A DNA stretch of 64,000 bases from Candidatus Avigastranaerophilus sp. (GCA_045599645.1 JAZRWI010000004.1:76803-140802), one strand, 5' to 3'. Positions 50,214 to 60,563 are shown, counted from the first letter of the stretch. The notes: generated by a model from the sequence alone, not told the origin. Program-made: numbers and translations.

Positions 50214-50379
50214 TTACTTTTCTCTGGCGCTGCTGTAAAAAGCTTTCACAAATCTGTTTGAAAAAGCCAACTTCTTCTTTGCTTTTACAAGACATTAACA
50301 AGCCTGGAGTTTCGCTGATACTAAGTTTAGAACAATCATCGAAAATCTTTTTGTTTGATTTGATTTCTTCTAAATTCAT
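50194..50379 (-). CDS. Small ORF (61 aa) overlapping the start of the zeta-like gene by 20 nt; antitoxin candidate
   Basis: Overlap geometry typical of toxin-antitoxin pairs. No recognisable motif. Confidence 0.35.
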   Translation of the reverse strand: MNLEEIKSNKKIFDDCSKLSISETPGLLMSCKSKEEVGFFKQICESFLQQRQRKVIEERRF

Positions 50380-50633
50380 TGTTCGCCCCTTTTATATTTT
50401 ATCGGCAGAAAGTATATACAATATTTAACCTAAAAAATCAATAGAGTTATCAATAAGTGGGGCTACGGTTTGAATTGAGGTTAACTTTGCGACCAAAAAA
50501 TATTGTTTCGCTCGGCTGGGAGCAGAGAACTGGAAGCTAAGCCGATATAGCACAGCATTCTGTTGAAATATCAACAGAATGCTGAACAGGTTCTATATCG
50601 CAATATAGGTTATAAGCTAATTAAGAATAGTCC

Positions 50634-52430
50634 TCAATACTGCCTTGCGGGGAATATCATTCTGCCATTGCTGAATACAGAAAGCAGCGTAGCATTAGTA
50701 ACGGCAACATTCTTAGTAACTGTGTCATCCGTCAGGTTCACATTGAAAATTGTGAAATCAGCTGCTTTACCGACTTCAATACTGCCGAGATTTTTATCCT
50801 CTTTCAGCTGATACGCGGGGTTCTGTGTCAGGCACTTCAGACTAGTCATGCCATCAATGGTTTCCTCGGTTCCTCGGAACTCATCGGGGTATATTTTCAG
50901 AATCTGCTCAGAGTATTGACTGCGATCCAGAGCAATCTGCGCGTCCTTCACAGTTCTTCGGGTCGTGGCAACGAATATCTGTTCTAGCGGCGTTCCAGCA
51001 CTGTCAGTATGGAAGCTCGTTACAGCACCAGCGCCAATGAAGGATCTGATCTTGTACATATTTCTAGCTTCTGTTTCTCCGTAAACCTTGATTTCATCTT
51101 CCTTCGTTCCGTATTTCCATGTAGACCATGTGGGATTTACGACAGCAATTACCTTGTTGTTTGCAAAACGTTTTGGCATACCATCGGTCACATAGGTCAG
51201 ATGGGCCACGGCGTTGCGGGCGTCGATTTTGGGAAGTGCCTTGTATGCTGCTTCATAGCAGTCAAGAGCGTAATTGGCAGCGCCTTCGCCGATTGCGTGC
51301 ATATGCACCTGCAGGCCTTTTTCATTGGCATACTTGACGATTTTTGTCAGTTCTTCTTTTCTGTCTTCATTCCATCTGATATAGCCGTAATAATTATCGC
51401 CCTTTCCGGCTTCTGCGGTATAGGGTTTCAAAGTCCAGGTTGTCAGGGCTTCCACAACACCGTCAAGGAATATTTTGATTCCTGTAATCTTGAAATAATC
51501 ATTATTGCACTCTGCCGCTAGCTTAGCGATCTTATCAACCTCTTTGATAGGATCCTTGGTGGTTTCAGTGATTTCACAAAGAGCGCGAACCTTGATTTTC
51601 AATTTGCCTTCTTCCGCCAGTTCCCTGTATGCACTGACCATCGGGAGCTTTTCTGTTTCAACGATTCCAGCGTCACAGATTGTTGAAAATCCATAATTGA
51701 GACTGTTCTCCTGCCAATTGAGGAAAAATTCTTTCAGATCTTCCTTGCTGATCGGTAGTTCCTGGAATAGGTTAAATCGTGGCGTTTCAAGAAGATATCC
51801 CGTGGGCTCCCCTTTTTCATCCACTTTGATTCCGTCCGTACCGTATGTGGCAATCATATCCTTGACATGGAAATATTCAATCGCTTTCTGATTCAGAAGG
51901 GCTGCGTGTCCGCCGCCACCCGCGATGATGATCGGAACCTGATCGGATGCGTATTTGTCAAGTACTTCATGTGTAGGTGGGTCGTCATCATCCGGAAATA
52001 CCCAGAAACCCAGGCCTCTATAAAACTTTTTACCGGGATTTTTTTCGATATACGCTTTTATAATTTCAGCATTCTGACGGAGTTTGGCCTCTCCATCAAG
52101 TATTATTCCGTCAACCAACATAGTGCTAACAAGCCCAATATGTGTGTGGCCGTCAATAAAGCCAGGATATATCACATTATAACCGTAATCATATACATTG
52201 GTATGCGGTCCGATATGTTCTTTGGCATCTTTTGCGCTTCCAACAAACACAATCTTCCCATCTTTTACGGCAACAGCCTCCGCAATGTTGCCTTTATCGT
52301 TCATTGTCACGATTTTTCCATAAAGAACAGAATCTGCAAGATTTTCAGGCAATGATTCTGACTTAGCACTGCAATCAGCCATTAAAATGGCCATACTAGC
52401 TGCCAAAATGAAATTTACTATTTTTCTCAT
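50634..52430 (-). CDS. Amidohydrolase-family (Amidohydro_3-like) metal-dependent hydrolase, lipoprotein
   Basis: Lipobox LMADCS. GFIDGHTHIG metal-binding motif. Confidence 0.8.
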   Translation of the reverse strand: MRKIVNFILAASMAILMADCSAKSESLPENLADSVLYGKIVTMNDKGNIAEAVAVKDGKIVFVGSAKDAKEHIGPHTNVYDYGYNVIYPGFIDGHTHIGLVSTMLVDGIILDGEAKLRQNAEIIKAYIEKNPGKKFYRGLGFWVFPDDDDPPTHEVLDKYASDQVPIIIAGGGGHAALLNQKAIEYFHVKDMIATYGTDGIKVDEKGEPTGYLLETPRFNLFQELPISKEDLKEFFLNWQENSLNYGFSTICDAGIVETEKLPMVSAYRELAEEGKLKIKVRALCEITETTKDPIKEVDKIAKLAAECNNDYFKITGIKIFLDGVVEALTTWTLKPYTAEAGKGDNYYGYIRWNEDRKEELTKIVKYANEKGLQVHMHAIGEGAANYALDCYEAAYKALPKIDARNAVAHLTYVTDGMPKRFANNKVIAVVNPTWSTWKYGTKEDEIKVYGETEARNMYKIRSFIGAGAVTSFHTDSAGTPLEQIFVATTRRTVKDAQIALDRSQYSEQILKIYPDEFRGTEETIDGMTSLKCLTQNPAYQLKEDKNLGSIEVGKAADFTIFNVNLTDDTVTKNVAVTNATLLSVFSNGRMIFPARQY

Positions 52431-52689
52431 ACTTTTTCCTATATATTTAATAAAAATTTACCAAGCCGTTTAGTATTCGGCTTGCGAAGCGTTCTTGACA
52501 TAAGCTTCGAACACTTTCGGATAGCGTTTCAGAACAACAGGAAAGATTGTCTGCTAACACTATTAAATAGTATACACCACGATTGTGAACTTTTCAATAC
52601 AAAAGCAGAATACTAAGACCTTCGAGCCTCAAAATACTTAGCTTAATTATTATTTTGAGGCCCGAAGAATGGCTGATTATCTTCGCTGA

Positions 52690-52850
52690 GAACTGGAAGC
52701 TGAAAGCTAGAAGCTAGAAGCTAGGAGCTGGAAGCTGGAAGCTAGAAGCTAGGAGCTGAAAGCTGGAAGCTAGAAGCTAGGAGCTGGAAGCTAGAAGCAA
52801 GGAACTGAAAGCTGGGAGCCGGAAGCAGAAAGCCAAAAGTAGAAGTTGAT
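52690..52850. repeat. Heptanucleotide microsatellite (T/C)(R)GRAGC x ~23
   Basis: tggaagc tgaaagc tagaagc tagaagc taggagc ... Related to the arrays at 7364 and 9238. A strong 17-bp-stem hairpin at 52620-52667 lies adjacent. Confidence 0.85.
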
Positions 52851-52867
52851 AAACCGAGGGTTAGTCT

Positions 52868-54961
52868 TCAGCAGCAGCCGGAGTGACGAAGAAGAGCCTT
52901 TGTTTCAGGGTCTCTGCCACGGAAAAGTCTGAAAACTTCGCTTGGGTGCTTGCTTCCACCCATAGCAAGGAAAGTATCTCTGAACTTTCTACCTATTTTC
53001 TGAATAGCGTCTTCATTTTCTATACCTGCTTCTTCAAAGGCTGCAAAAGCATCAGAGCTTAAAACTTCAGCCCATTTGTAGCTATAATAGCCCGCGCCAT
53101 ATTCATTTGCAAAAATGTGCTGGAATGCACAGATAAATTTATCGCCATCATAAGCAGGCATAGCACAGCATTCGTTTGAGATATCAACAAATAACTGAAC
53201 CGGGTCTTTATCTCCATCAGGATCATAGCTAGAATTCAGTATCATATCAAACTTACCAAAGGAAAGCTGTCTCTGCATCTGGTAAGCTGCCCTGAATTTC
53301 TTCAGACCGCGAACCTTTTCAAACATTTCAGCAGGCATAGGTTCGCCAGTTTTGTAATGATGAGCAATCTTAGAGAGTGTCTTCTTTTCAATACACCAGT
53401 TTTCCATGAACTGAGAACAGAGTTCCACTGCATCCCATTCGACACCATTGCAGCCTGCGGTTTCAGATTCATCAACAGTTGTAAGCATTCCCTGCAAAGC
53501 ATGACCAAATTCATGAAACAAGGTCTTCATTTCCATAAAAGAGAACAATGAAGGCTTACCTTCTTGAGGAGTAGTTGCATTACAGCAAATGTAGACAACA
53601 GGCTTTCTAAGAATTTTGCCCTTATACATTCTTCTGGTAAAGCAGTTTTCCATCCATGCACCAGCCCTTTTTTCGCCAGGTCTTACAAATGGGTCCAGAT
53701 AGAAGTGAGCAATGTTCTTTCCGGTTTCATCTGCAACATCGTAGAATACAACGTCTTTATCCCATACAGGAGCATCTTCGCGCTTAGTTGGAATTATTTT
53801 TATTCCAAAAAGCCTTTCGGCCAAATCAAATAAAGCATCTCTGACCTGGTTGAATGGGAAATAAGGTCTGATTAAGTCGTCAGTAAGATTGAATTTCTTC
53901 TCTCTCAATCTTTCCGCCCAGAAAGCTACATCCCATTGCTTCAAAGGTTCGTTGAAGCCGTTTTCATTAGCAAGTTGCTGAATTTCTTCAAGATCTTTTT
54001 TGCCATATGGCTTTGTAGCAGTTTCAAGCTCATCATACATCTTCATTACATTTTCGATGTTCTTAGCCATCTTAACATCCAGGCTGTATGCTGCAAAGTT
54101 TTCATAGCCAACAAGCTGAACCATTTCTTTACGAACCTTAGTAAGTTCAACAATCAATGGAAGATTGTTAAAACGTCCTTCTGCTGCTCTTGAAGCAAAA
54201 GCCTTGTAAATTGTGTATCTGTCATTCCTGTCTCTGTGGTGCTGCAAAAATGGCATATAGCTCGGCTGAACAAGTGTAATTCGCCATGGACCATTTTCTG
54301 GTGTTGAAACTACCCCTTCTTCTCCATGAGCTCTGTTATAAGAATCAGAAGCGAGATTCTTCAGGTTAGAAGGCCAGCCTTCTGTCTTTGCTTTATCTGT
54401 AACTATGAACTCGAAATTATTTACAGAATCAAGAATATTATTATTGAAATCAATACCGATTTCAGAAATTCTGTTATAAAGATAATTAAATCTATGTTTA
54501 GCCGCACCTTTAAGACCAACGCCGGCCTGTTCACATTTTTTTAGCTTAATGTCTATAACTCTTTTGCGTGATTCGCTGAGATTTTTATATTCATCGCTTT
54601 CCTTCAAAGCTTTAAGACCTTCATAAACGGGCTTGCTCTGTGTCATCATAAGCTGTGTCTGAACGAAGAGAGGCATCATTTCAGCTTCGGCCTTACGATA
54701 GCCTTCACAATTTTTTACACTGGAAAGATGAATCAGAAGATTCCAACCATAGTCGAGATAAAGTTCAAGATCTTCCAATGGCTGACAGAGGCCATCCCAT
54801 GTTGGAACTATATTCTTTTCAATGTTCTTGAACTCTTTTTGCATTTCAGAAAAAGCATAAGTAAGAGCTGGAACAAAATGTTCGGGTTTGATTTTATCAA
54901 ATTTTGGTAAATCATCCTTTTTAATTAATAGTTCTAATACTGGGTTTTCATTCTTATTCAT
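52868..54961 (-). CDS. M3-family zinc metallopeptidase (oligopeptidase A / peptidyl-dipeptidase Dcp-like)
   Basis: FHEFGHALQG HExxH motif. ~697 aa. Confidence 0.88.
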   Translation of the reverse strand: MNKNENPVLELLIKKDDLPKFDKIKPEHFVPALTYAFSEMQKEFKNIEKNIVPTWDGLCQPLEDLELYLDYGWNLLIHLSSVKNCEGYRKAEAEMMPLFVQTQLMMTQSKPVYEGLKALKESDEYKNLSESRKRVIDIKLKKCEQAGVGLKGAAKHRFNYLYNRISEIGIDFNNNILDSVNNFEFIVTDKAKTEGWPSNLKNLASDSYNRAHGEEGVVSTPENGPWRITLVQPSYMPFLQHHRDRNDRYTIYKAFASRAAEGRFNNLPLIVELTKVRKEMVQLVGYENFAAYSLDVKMAKNIENVMKMYDELETATKPYGKKDLEEIQQLANENGFNEPLKQWDVAFWAERLREKKFNLTDDLIRPYFPFNQVRDALFDLAERLFGIKIIPTKREDAPVWDKDVVFYDVADETGKNIAHFYLDPFVRPGEKRAGAWMENCFTRRMYKGKILRKPVVYICCNATTPQEGKPSLFSFMEMKTLFHEFGHALQGMLTTVDESETAGCNGVEWDAVELCSQFMENWCIEKKTLSKIAHHYKTGEPMPAEMFEKVRGLKKFRAAYQMQRQLSFGKFDMILNSSYDPDGDKDPVQLFVDISNECCAMPAYDGDKFICAFQHIFANEYGAGYYSYKWAEVLSSDAFAAFEEAGIENEDAIQKIGRKFRDTFLAMGGSKHPSEVFRLFRGRDPETKALLRHSGCC

Positions 54962-55088
54962 CTTATATACCTTATTTTAATGCTAATTTATCGAATACAA
55001 CTATATTCCAATATCTAATGTTAGTCAAATTTTATTTAAAAAAGGATGGAGACTGTGGATTTGGGGTTGAGATGGGATTGAAGAAGCA

Positions 55089-55117
55089 TTGACTTAGATT
55101 ATCTAATAACTTATAAT
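55089..55117 (+). promoter_or_regulatory. Consensus sigma70 promoter TTGACT-17-TATAAT
   Basis: TTGACT at 55089-55094 and TATAAT at 55112-55117, ~26 nt before the TTG/RBS of the GGDEF-like gene. Confidence 0.5.
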
Positions 55118-55143
55118 AGCATAAAAATATAAGGGGCAAACAA

Positions 55144-56583
55144 TTGAATCTTTTTAGAAATTTTAGCATTAGAACAAGACTTGTTTTGGCTTTTTTGATT
55201 GCCAGTATTTTCCCGTTGGCAGTCTTTGGTTATATAACCCTAGGAAATATTGAAGTAACTAGAACTACACTGATTTTCTTCATAATTATTTCTATTTTCA
55301 TAGCCATTATCACTGCATTATTAATTGCAGGCTCAATTGTTGCACCTTTACAGATTATACAGAGCTCGCTCCAGTCCTTCCAGACAAGAAAAACCACTGG
55401 AACAATGAATGACCACTGCTCAGATGAAATCTCAGACGTAGTATCAGAAATCAACAGTCTCTATGACGAATGGAACAAGGAAGTAGTTTCATTAGGCAAA
55501 AAACAGCTTAACCTTGATAAGGAAAATGAAAGAACTACCACAAGAGCCGACAGGGTTGAATGCCAGCTTGCTCAGACAAGAAGTTTGCTTCAGGTCGCCA
55601 GAGACTTGAATACCACTTTTGATTTTCAAAGCAACTGCAAAACCATACTTGATGAAGCTATAAAAACACTTAATGTTCAGTGGGCTTCTATTCTCCTCGT
55701 TGACAAAGAAAAGCACGAAATGCGTGTCGCCTGTGTCAGAGGAATTGAAAGAAGCGTTCTAGAAGATTTAAGTGAAGACAGTTACCCTTCCATTAGATTA
55801 AAACCGCATGAAGGTCTTGCCGGCTTAGTAATTAAGGATAGAATTCCTCTTATTGCTAATAAAGGTCATAAGGACCCTCGCTTTAAGCAATTCAGTGAAT
55901 TCTCTAACAGAGACCAGAAAGTAGCAAGTCTTTTGTGTGCTCCTATCATAGGTAAGGATGACAGCATTCTTGGCGTAATCAATCTGATAAATCGTCAGAT
56001 TCCTCCTGTCTTTAGAAATGAAGACATACCTTATGCCCAAGATTTATGCACATTAGCAGCCCTTGTTATAGAAAGAAACAGAATGTATGCACAGCTGTTC
56101 ACAGATGACCGCACAGGTCTTTCTGCACATAATGTATGGCTTGGCTATTTGAAGGAAGAAGCATCCAGAGCCCATAGATATGAACAGAACTGCAGTGTAG
56201 CTGTTTTTGACATTGATAGCTTTAAAACAATTCTACAAGCAACCAATGAAGAATTTGCCAGCAATATCATTGGCGACTGTGGTAAGGCAATATCATCTAT
56301 GCTTCGTGACACCGACAAAGCTAGCTCTAACCAGGAAAGATACTTCTGTCTACTTCCCAATACCGATGCAGCCGGAGCAGTATTCTTTGCAGGGCGCGTA
56401 AAAGAAGCTATTGAAGCTCATAACTATAGCTATAATGGTAAAGATATAAAAGTTACTCTTTCTGCTGGTATTGCATCTTTCCCAGACAATACAAAGAATT
56501 CGGAAGATTTATTAAAGTCTGCTATTCAAGCTGTAGTCGAAGCACATAAAGCTGGCGGGAACAGAGCTTCTATTTTCAAATAG
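55144..56583 (+). CDS. Membrane-anchored GAF + degenerate GGDEF domain protein (likely non-catalytic)
   Basis: Two N-terminal TM helices, GAF-like middle. The GGDEF-fold C-terminus (VAVFDIDSFK...) shows ERYFCLLP where RYGG(D/E)EF is expected. RDTD resembles an I-site. Confidence 0.7.
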   Translation: MNLFRNFSIRTRLVLAFLIASIFPLAVFGYITLGNIEVTRTTLIFFIIISIFIAIITALLIAGSIVAPLQIIQSSLQSFQTRKTTGTMNDHCSDEISDVVSEINSLYDEWNKEVVSLGKKQLNLDKENERTTTRADRVECQLAQTRSLLQVARDLNTTFDFQSNCKTILDEAIKTLNVQWASILLVDKEKHEMRVACVRGIERSVLEDLSEDSYPSIRLKPHEGLAGLVIKDRIPLIANKGHKDPRFKQFSEFSNRDQKVASLLCAPIIGKDDSILGVINLINRQIPPVFRNEDIPYAQDLCTLAALVIERNRMYAQLFTDDRTGLSAHNVWLGYLKEEASRAHRYEQNCSVAVFDIDSFKTILQATNEEFASNIIGDCGKAISSMLRDTDKASSNQERYFCLLPNTDAAGAVFFAGRVKEAIEAHNYSYNGKDIKVTLSAGIASFPDNTKNSEDLLKSAIQAVVEAHKAGGNRASIFK

Positions 56584-56965
56584 CATATAAGGTATCAATA
56601 TTGCTTCACAGGTTACTAATTATAAATGTTTATCATCCACTGGCGACTTAAAGTTTTCAGCTTCCACTGGTCAGTTTAAATCAAAACCGCTCGAATTAAG
56701 TTTTTCTGAAGACAATTATCTGAGAACCGAAGAATCAAGCAGAAGAATCAAACAAAAGCAGTAAAATAGACCTAAGTTTTTAATGCAGTCTATACTAAGG
56801 CCAATGATTAGTTCTGTAATTAATCAAGCTATTGCTTACCTATGAATACAAATAAACCTCTCTATTATAGTGCTCCGTCGCAACTAACTTAAATTTTAGT
56901 TGTATCAAGCCCCTTAAAATTATATAATTATTCATACACGAATCTATTAAGGGAGCAAAAAAATA

Positions 56966-58171
56966 ATGAAAAAAGTGTTTTTTATCATTTTGGTATCACT
57001 ACTTATGGTCACTTCACAAAGCTTTAGCGCTGAAAACGAGAATACAGCCAAGTATGATGAATACAAAAAAATAGCAGCCAATCTTTATGAAGTAACTGTA
57101 GATGAATTTGACTACGATTATCTTCTTAAAAACGGTCGTGGTAACATGGATTTTGCCGGTTGTTCTGGAATAAAGGAAGGCAATTACTTAGGTCGTAACT
57201 TTGACTTTATCGCCGGGGACGCTGCAGAAATCGTTGTAAAAACAACAGCAAAGAAAGACAGATATGCTTCTGTTGGTATGGTAGGCGGTTTGATGTGGCT
57301 AAACACTAAGTTTATGGATAATGGCTTAGACGAAGACGCAAAAAAGCTTATTCCATTGATGCTTCTTGATGGTATTAACGAAAAGGGTCTTGCAATTGAA
57401 ATCAACTGCGTAAATGCTACTGATGTAGGCGGTCTTACCAAGCACACAAATCCCGGTAAAAAGGAAGTATCACAACTCTGTACAGTAAGATATCTTCTTG
57501 ACCATGCAGCAACAGCTGATGAAGCAATAGAATTGATGAAAAGCATAGACATAGTCAATAACCGTGACGTTATGGGTCTTATTGCCAGAAACTATGAAGT
57601 TCATTTCCTTATTACCGATAAAAATAAAACCTATGTTGTTGAATTGTCCAACAATAAACCAGAAGGCGAAAAGCTGGTCATAATGGAAAATGAAACTATT
57701 ATGACAAACTTCTATCTCCACCTTGCTGATACTCAGAAGAACACTTACCCAGATAACTCTTTAGGTATTGAAAGATATCGCAAGCTTGCCGACAACAGAA
57801 GCTCAGTTAATTCTGTAGAAAGCATGAAAAAGCTGATGCAATCAATCCGCTTTACCAACTCAAATAAACTGGATGGCGAATATGCACCAGGCGAAAATTT
57901 TGACAATCCTTATACCTGTTTGTCAGATCATCCTGAATTCGGTGAAAATCCCGTTAACTATGCAAATCATAAAGAACATCTGAAAGAAATTCTTGAAGTC
58001 ATGAAAACTGATGACGTTCTGATTGCTGAAGTATTAAAAGACCCGGAAATGAAGAATCCAAATGGTATTTGGTGTACTTCTCACAACTCGGTATTCGACC
58101 TTGAAAATAAAACAATGAGTGTTGCTGTATTTGAACGTTACGACAAGTATTACGATTTTTCTGTAAAATAA
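56966..58171 (+). CDS. Choloylglycine hydrolase / penicillin V acylase family (Ntn hydrolase, C59), secreted, with N-terminal extension before the nucleophile Cys
   Basis: Signal peptide. FAGC66SGIKEGNYLGRNFDF matches the C...GRN.D catalytic motif. Cys is at 66, not position 2. Confidence 0.5.
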   Translation: MKKVFFIILVSLLMVTSQSFSAENENTAKYDEYKKIAANLYEVTVDEFDYDYLLKNGRGNMDFAGCSGIKEGNYLGRNFDFIAGDAAEIVVKTTAKKDRYASVGMVGGLMWLNTKFMDNGLDEDAKKLIPLMLLDGINEKGLAIEINCVNATDVGGLTKHTNPGKKEVSQLCTVRYLLDHAATADEAIELMKSIDIVNNRDVMGLIARNYEVHFLITDKNKTYVVELSNNKPEGEKLVIMENETIMTNFYLHLADTQKNTYPDNSLGIERYRKLADNRSSVNSVESMKKLMQSIRFTNSNKLDGEYAPGENFDNPYTCLSDHPEFGENPVNYANHKEHLKEILEVMKTDDVLIAEVLKDPEMKNPNGIWCTSHNSVFDLENKTMSVAVFERYDKYYDFSVK

Positions 58172-58341
58172 AATCAATTATTTCTTTATATCTGATTTTA
58201 TGAATGTCAAATCTAATCTCAGATATAAAGAGTAATACAAACTTATTCTTTAGGTGCTATAAAAACAAATCTTAATATATATTGGGTTTGTTTTTTATAG
58301 CATGACCAAACGTTATATAAAAATTAGGAGAGATAGTAATT

Positions 58342-60138
58342 ATGAGAAAAACTACAGTAACAGCTTTGCTAATAGCTTGTGCCTGCTTTTGCTCACCAAA
58401 TGCTTATTCACAAACAAGTGAAACGATACAGACTGAAAAGAGCGAAAAAATCCTGACAGAAACTGAAAAAAGAAATGCTGAATATGTTATTCCAACATAT
58501 GCACCGAACAATGAAATCACCGGCGAATACGATGAATCACTTGCTGTTAAGTGTTTTAACGGTATTTTTGTTGGTAAGAAAAGAGAAGATGTTAATATCT
58601 GGAAAGGTATTCCATTCTGTAAACAGCCTGTTGGAGAATTAAGATTCAAAGAACCTCAGCCTGCAGAAGCCTCAAATAAAGTTTATGAAGCATATAATTT
58701 CATGAAATCATGTTTGCAATCTATTGACCCAGATGAAAAAGCTTCCTACTATGAACAGGGTGAAGATTGTCTTGGTTTGAATATTTGGACAAATACGAAA
58801 AGCTCAGTTAAAGCCAAACCAGTATTAGTTTTTATTCATGGCGGTGGATGGGTAGCAGGTGGAACGAGTGACCCACTATATAATGGTTATTACTTTGCAC
58901 ATGACAACCCGGATATTGTTCTGGTAACAATCGATTATCGTGTTGGCATGATGGGTCAGATAAATCTGTCTTCACTACCGGACGGTAAAGATTATAAAAA
59001 CTCAGAAGATCTTTGCATGCTTGACATGATTGAATCTTTAAAGTGGATAAAACAAAACATTGCAGCCTTTGGCGGCGACCCGGATAATATAACAATAAGT
59101 GGTGAATCAGCAGGTGGTGGAGCAGTTTCAATGCTCTGTGTAATGAAGGAAGCCAAGGGTTTGTTCTCTAAGGCAATACCAATGAGTGGTGCTGTTACCC
59201 ATTTCAGTAAGAAAGAATTGACATTAAAACAGGTTCCAGCCATTCAGGAAGCTTTTGGATGTAAAACAGTTGCTGATATTAATAAAATACCTTTTGACCA
59301 GTTAAAGAAATGGTGGGGATATAATGCATCAGGCATTTATCATCATCCGGCACGTGGTAATAATCTAATAGAAGCAGATCCTCTGAATGCATGGGTGCGT
59401 GGAGATTCTAAGGACATTATCATTTTACAGGGACACACAGCTAAAGAATTTAATTACTATTACACTGTTTATGCTTATTTAGACGAAATGTTTGACACAG
59501 TCTGTGAAGCTGGAACTAAGGGAATCGTTGCCGAAAGCGGCAAGGAATTTTCTGTTGTATATGAAGAATATAATAAAATCTTGGAAAAACTCGGATATAA
59601 AGGCAATGATCTGTATCGCGAATTCATGAATGATAAAGTTTTTAACGCACCTCAGTTATATCAGGCAGAAATGCATTCCAAGAATGGTGGTAAAGGATAT
59701 TTCTATATATTTGATAAAAGCTATGATGGTGAGTATGCTAAGATTGGTGCAGGTCATGCTGTAGACCTTAATTATCTATTCGGTACATTTGACGGCATAT
59801 CGGCTTACGGAACTCCAGAGGAATTAAAGCTTGCTTCACAATACCAGCAGATGATTGTAAATTTCTGCAAGACCGGGAATCCATCAATAGAAGGTTTGGA
59901 ATGGCCAGAATACAATCTTCAGACAAGAACCAAAATGATTATTGGTGACAACACCCGCGTTGAAGAAAACTATGAAACAGAACGTAACACCAAAGTTATG
60001 CAGATGATGGAAATCAGCGATGCTTTCCGTTTCCCTGGCACAGAAGGAACATTGTTTGATAGAGCTGCAGCTATTAACCCCAAAGCAGCAGAAGAATGTA
60101 AGAAGATATGGGCTGCCAATCAGGAATTGGATAAATAA
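58342..60138 (+). CDS. Type-B carboxylesterase/lipase family protein, secreted
   Basis: VFIHGGGW and GESAGG catalytic Ser motif. Signal peptide. Confidence 0.85.
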   Translation: MRKTTVTALLIACACFCSPNAYSQTSETIQTEKSEKILTETEKRNAEYVIPTYAPNNEITGEYDESLAVKCFNGIFVGKKREDVNIWKGIPFCKQPVGELRFKEPQPAEASNKVYEAYNFMKSCLQSIDPDEKASYYEQGEDCLGLNIWTNTKSSVKAKPVLVFIHGGGWVAGGTSDPLYNGYYFAHDNPDIVLVTIDYRVGMMGQINLSSLPDGKDYKNSEDLCMLDMIESLKWIKQNIAAFGGDPDNITISGESAGGGAVSMLCVMKEAKGLFSKAIPMSGAVTHFSKKELTLKQVPAIQEAFGCKTVADINKIPFDQLKKWWGYNASGIYHHPARGNNLIEADPLNAWVRGDSKDIIILQGHTAKEFNYYYTVYAYLDEMFDTVCEAGTKGIVAESGKEFSVVYEEYNKILEKLGYKGNDLYREFMNDKVFNAPQLYQAEMHSKNGGKGYFYIFDKSYDGEYAKIGAGHAVDLNYLFGTFDGISAYGTPEELKLASQYQQMIVNFCKTGNPSIEGLEWPEYNLQTRTKMIIGDNTRVEENYETERNTKVMQMMEISDAFRFPGTEGTLFDRAAAINPKAAEECKKIWAANQELDK

Positions 60139-60341
60139 CACTAACTTCCTTTATTAAAATTTATTGGTCGTTAAAATTATTATATTTGTTGAAGTCGTAT
60201 AACAATTATAACAATTTTAACGACTGTTTTTATATCGAGTCATTGTTAGAAGCTTCATTTTATGCTATAAATTAAAATAATAACAAAACGTATTGCAAAT
60301 GGAAAGGACATATAAATAATAAAGTCCCTCTTAATTAAACG

Positions 60342-60563
60342 AGACTGTATAAAAACTTGATTTTATGCAGTCAAAACAAGTTCCTTCTAAAATCAAAAAC
60401 CTCCCTACCCTCCCTTAAAGAGGCTGTCTGAAAACTCGATTTTATGCATTCAAAACAAGTTTCTTCTAAAATCAAAACCCTCCCTACCCTCCCTTGAAAA
60501 GGGAGGTTTTAGGAGTCTACTGTACATCGGGATTTTTACAAAATTCTAGTTTGGGGACAGCCT
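60342..60563. mobile_element. MITE-like element, copy 2, flanked by 9-bp direct repeats AATTAAACG
   Basis: About 90% identical to 9360-9580. Direct repeats at 60333-60341 and 60564-60572. Confidence 0.7.

Noticed and set aside
51009-52355. Plus-strand ORFs inside the amidohydrolase gene
   Set aside because: Antisense to a long conserved minus-strand CDS. Cys/His-rich junk translations.
58184-58230. 12-bp perfect inverted repeats with 23-33-nt loops after the CBAH gene (58184-58230) and the esterase gene (60168-60224)
   Set aside because: Most simply large-loop intrinsic terminators (the second is followed by a T-run). No further structure apparent.
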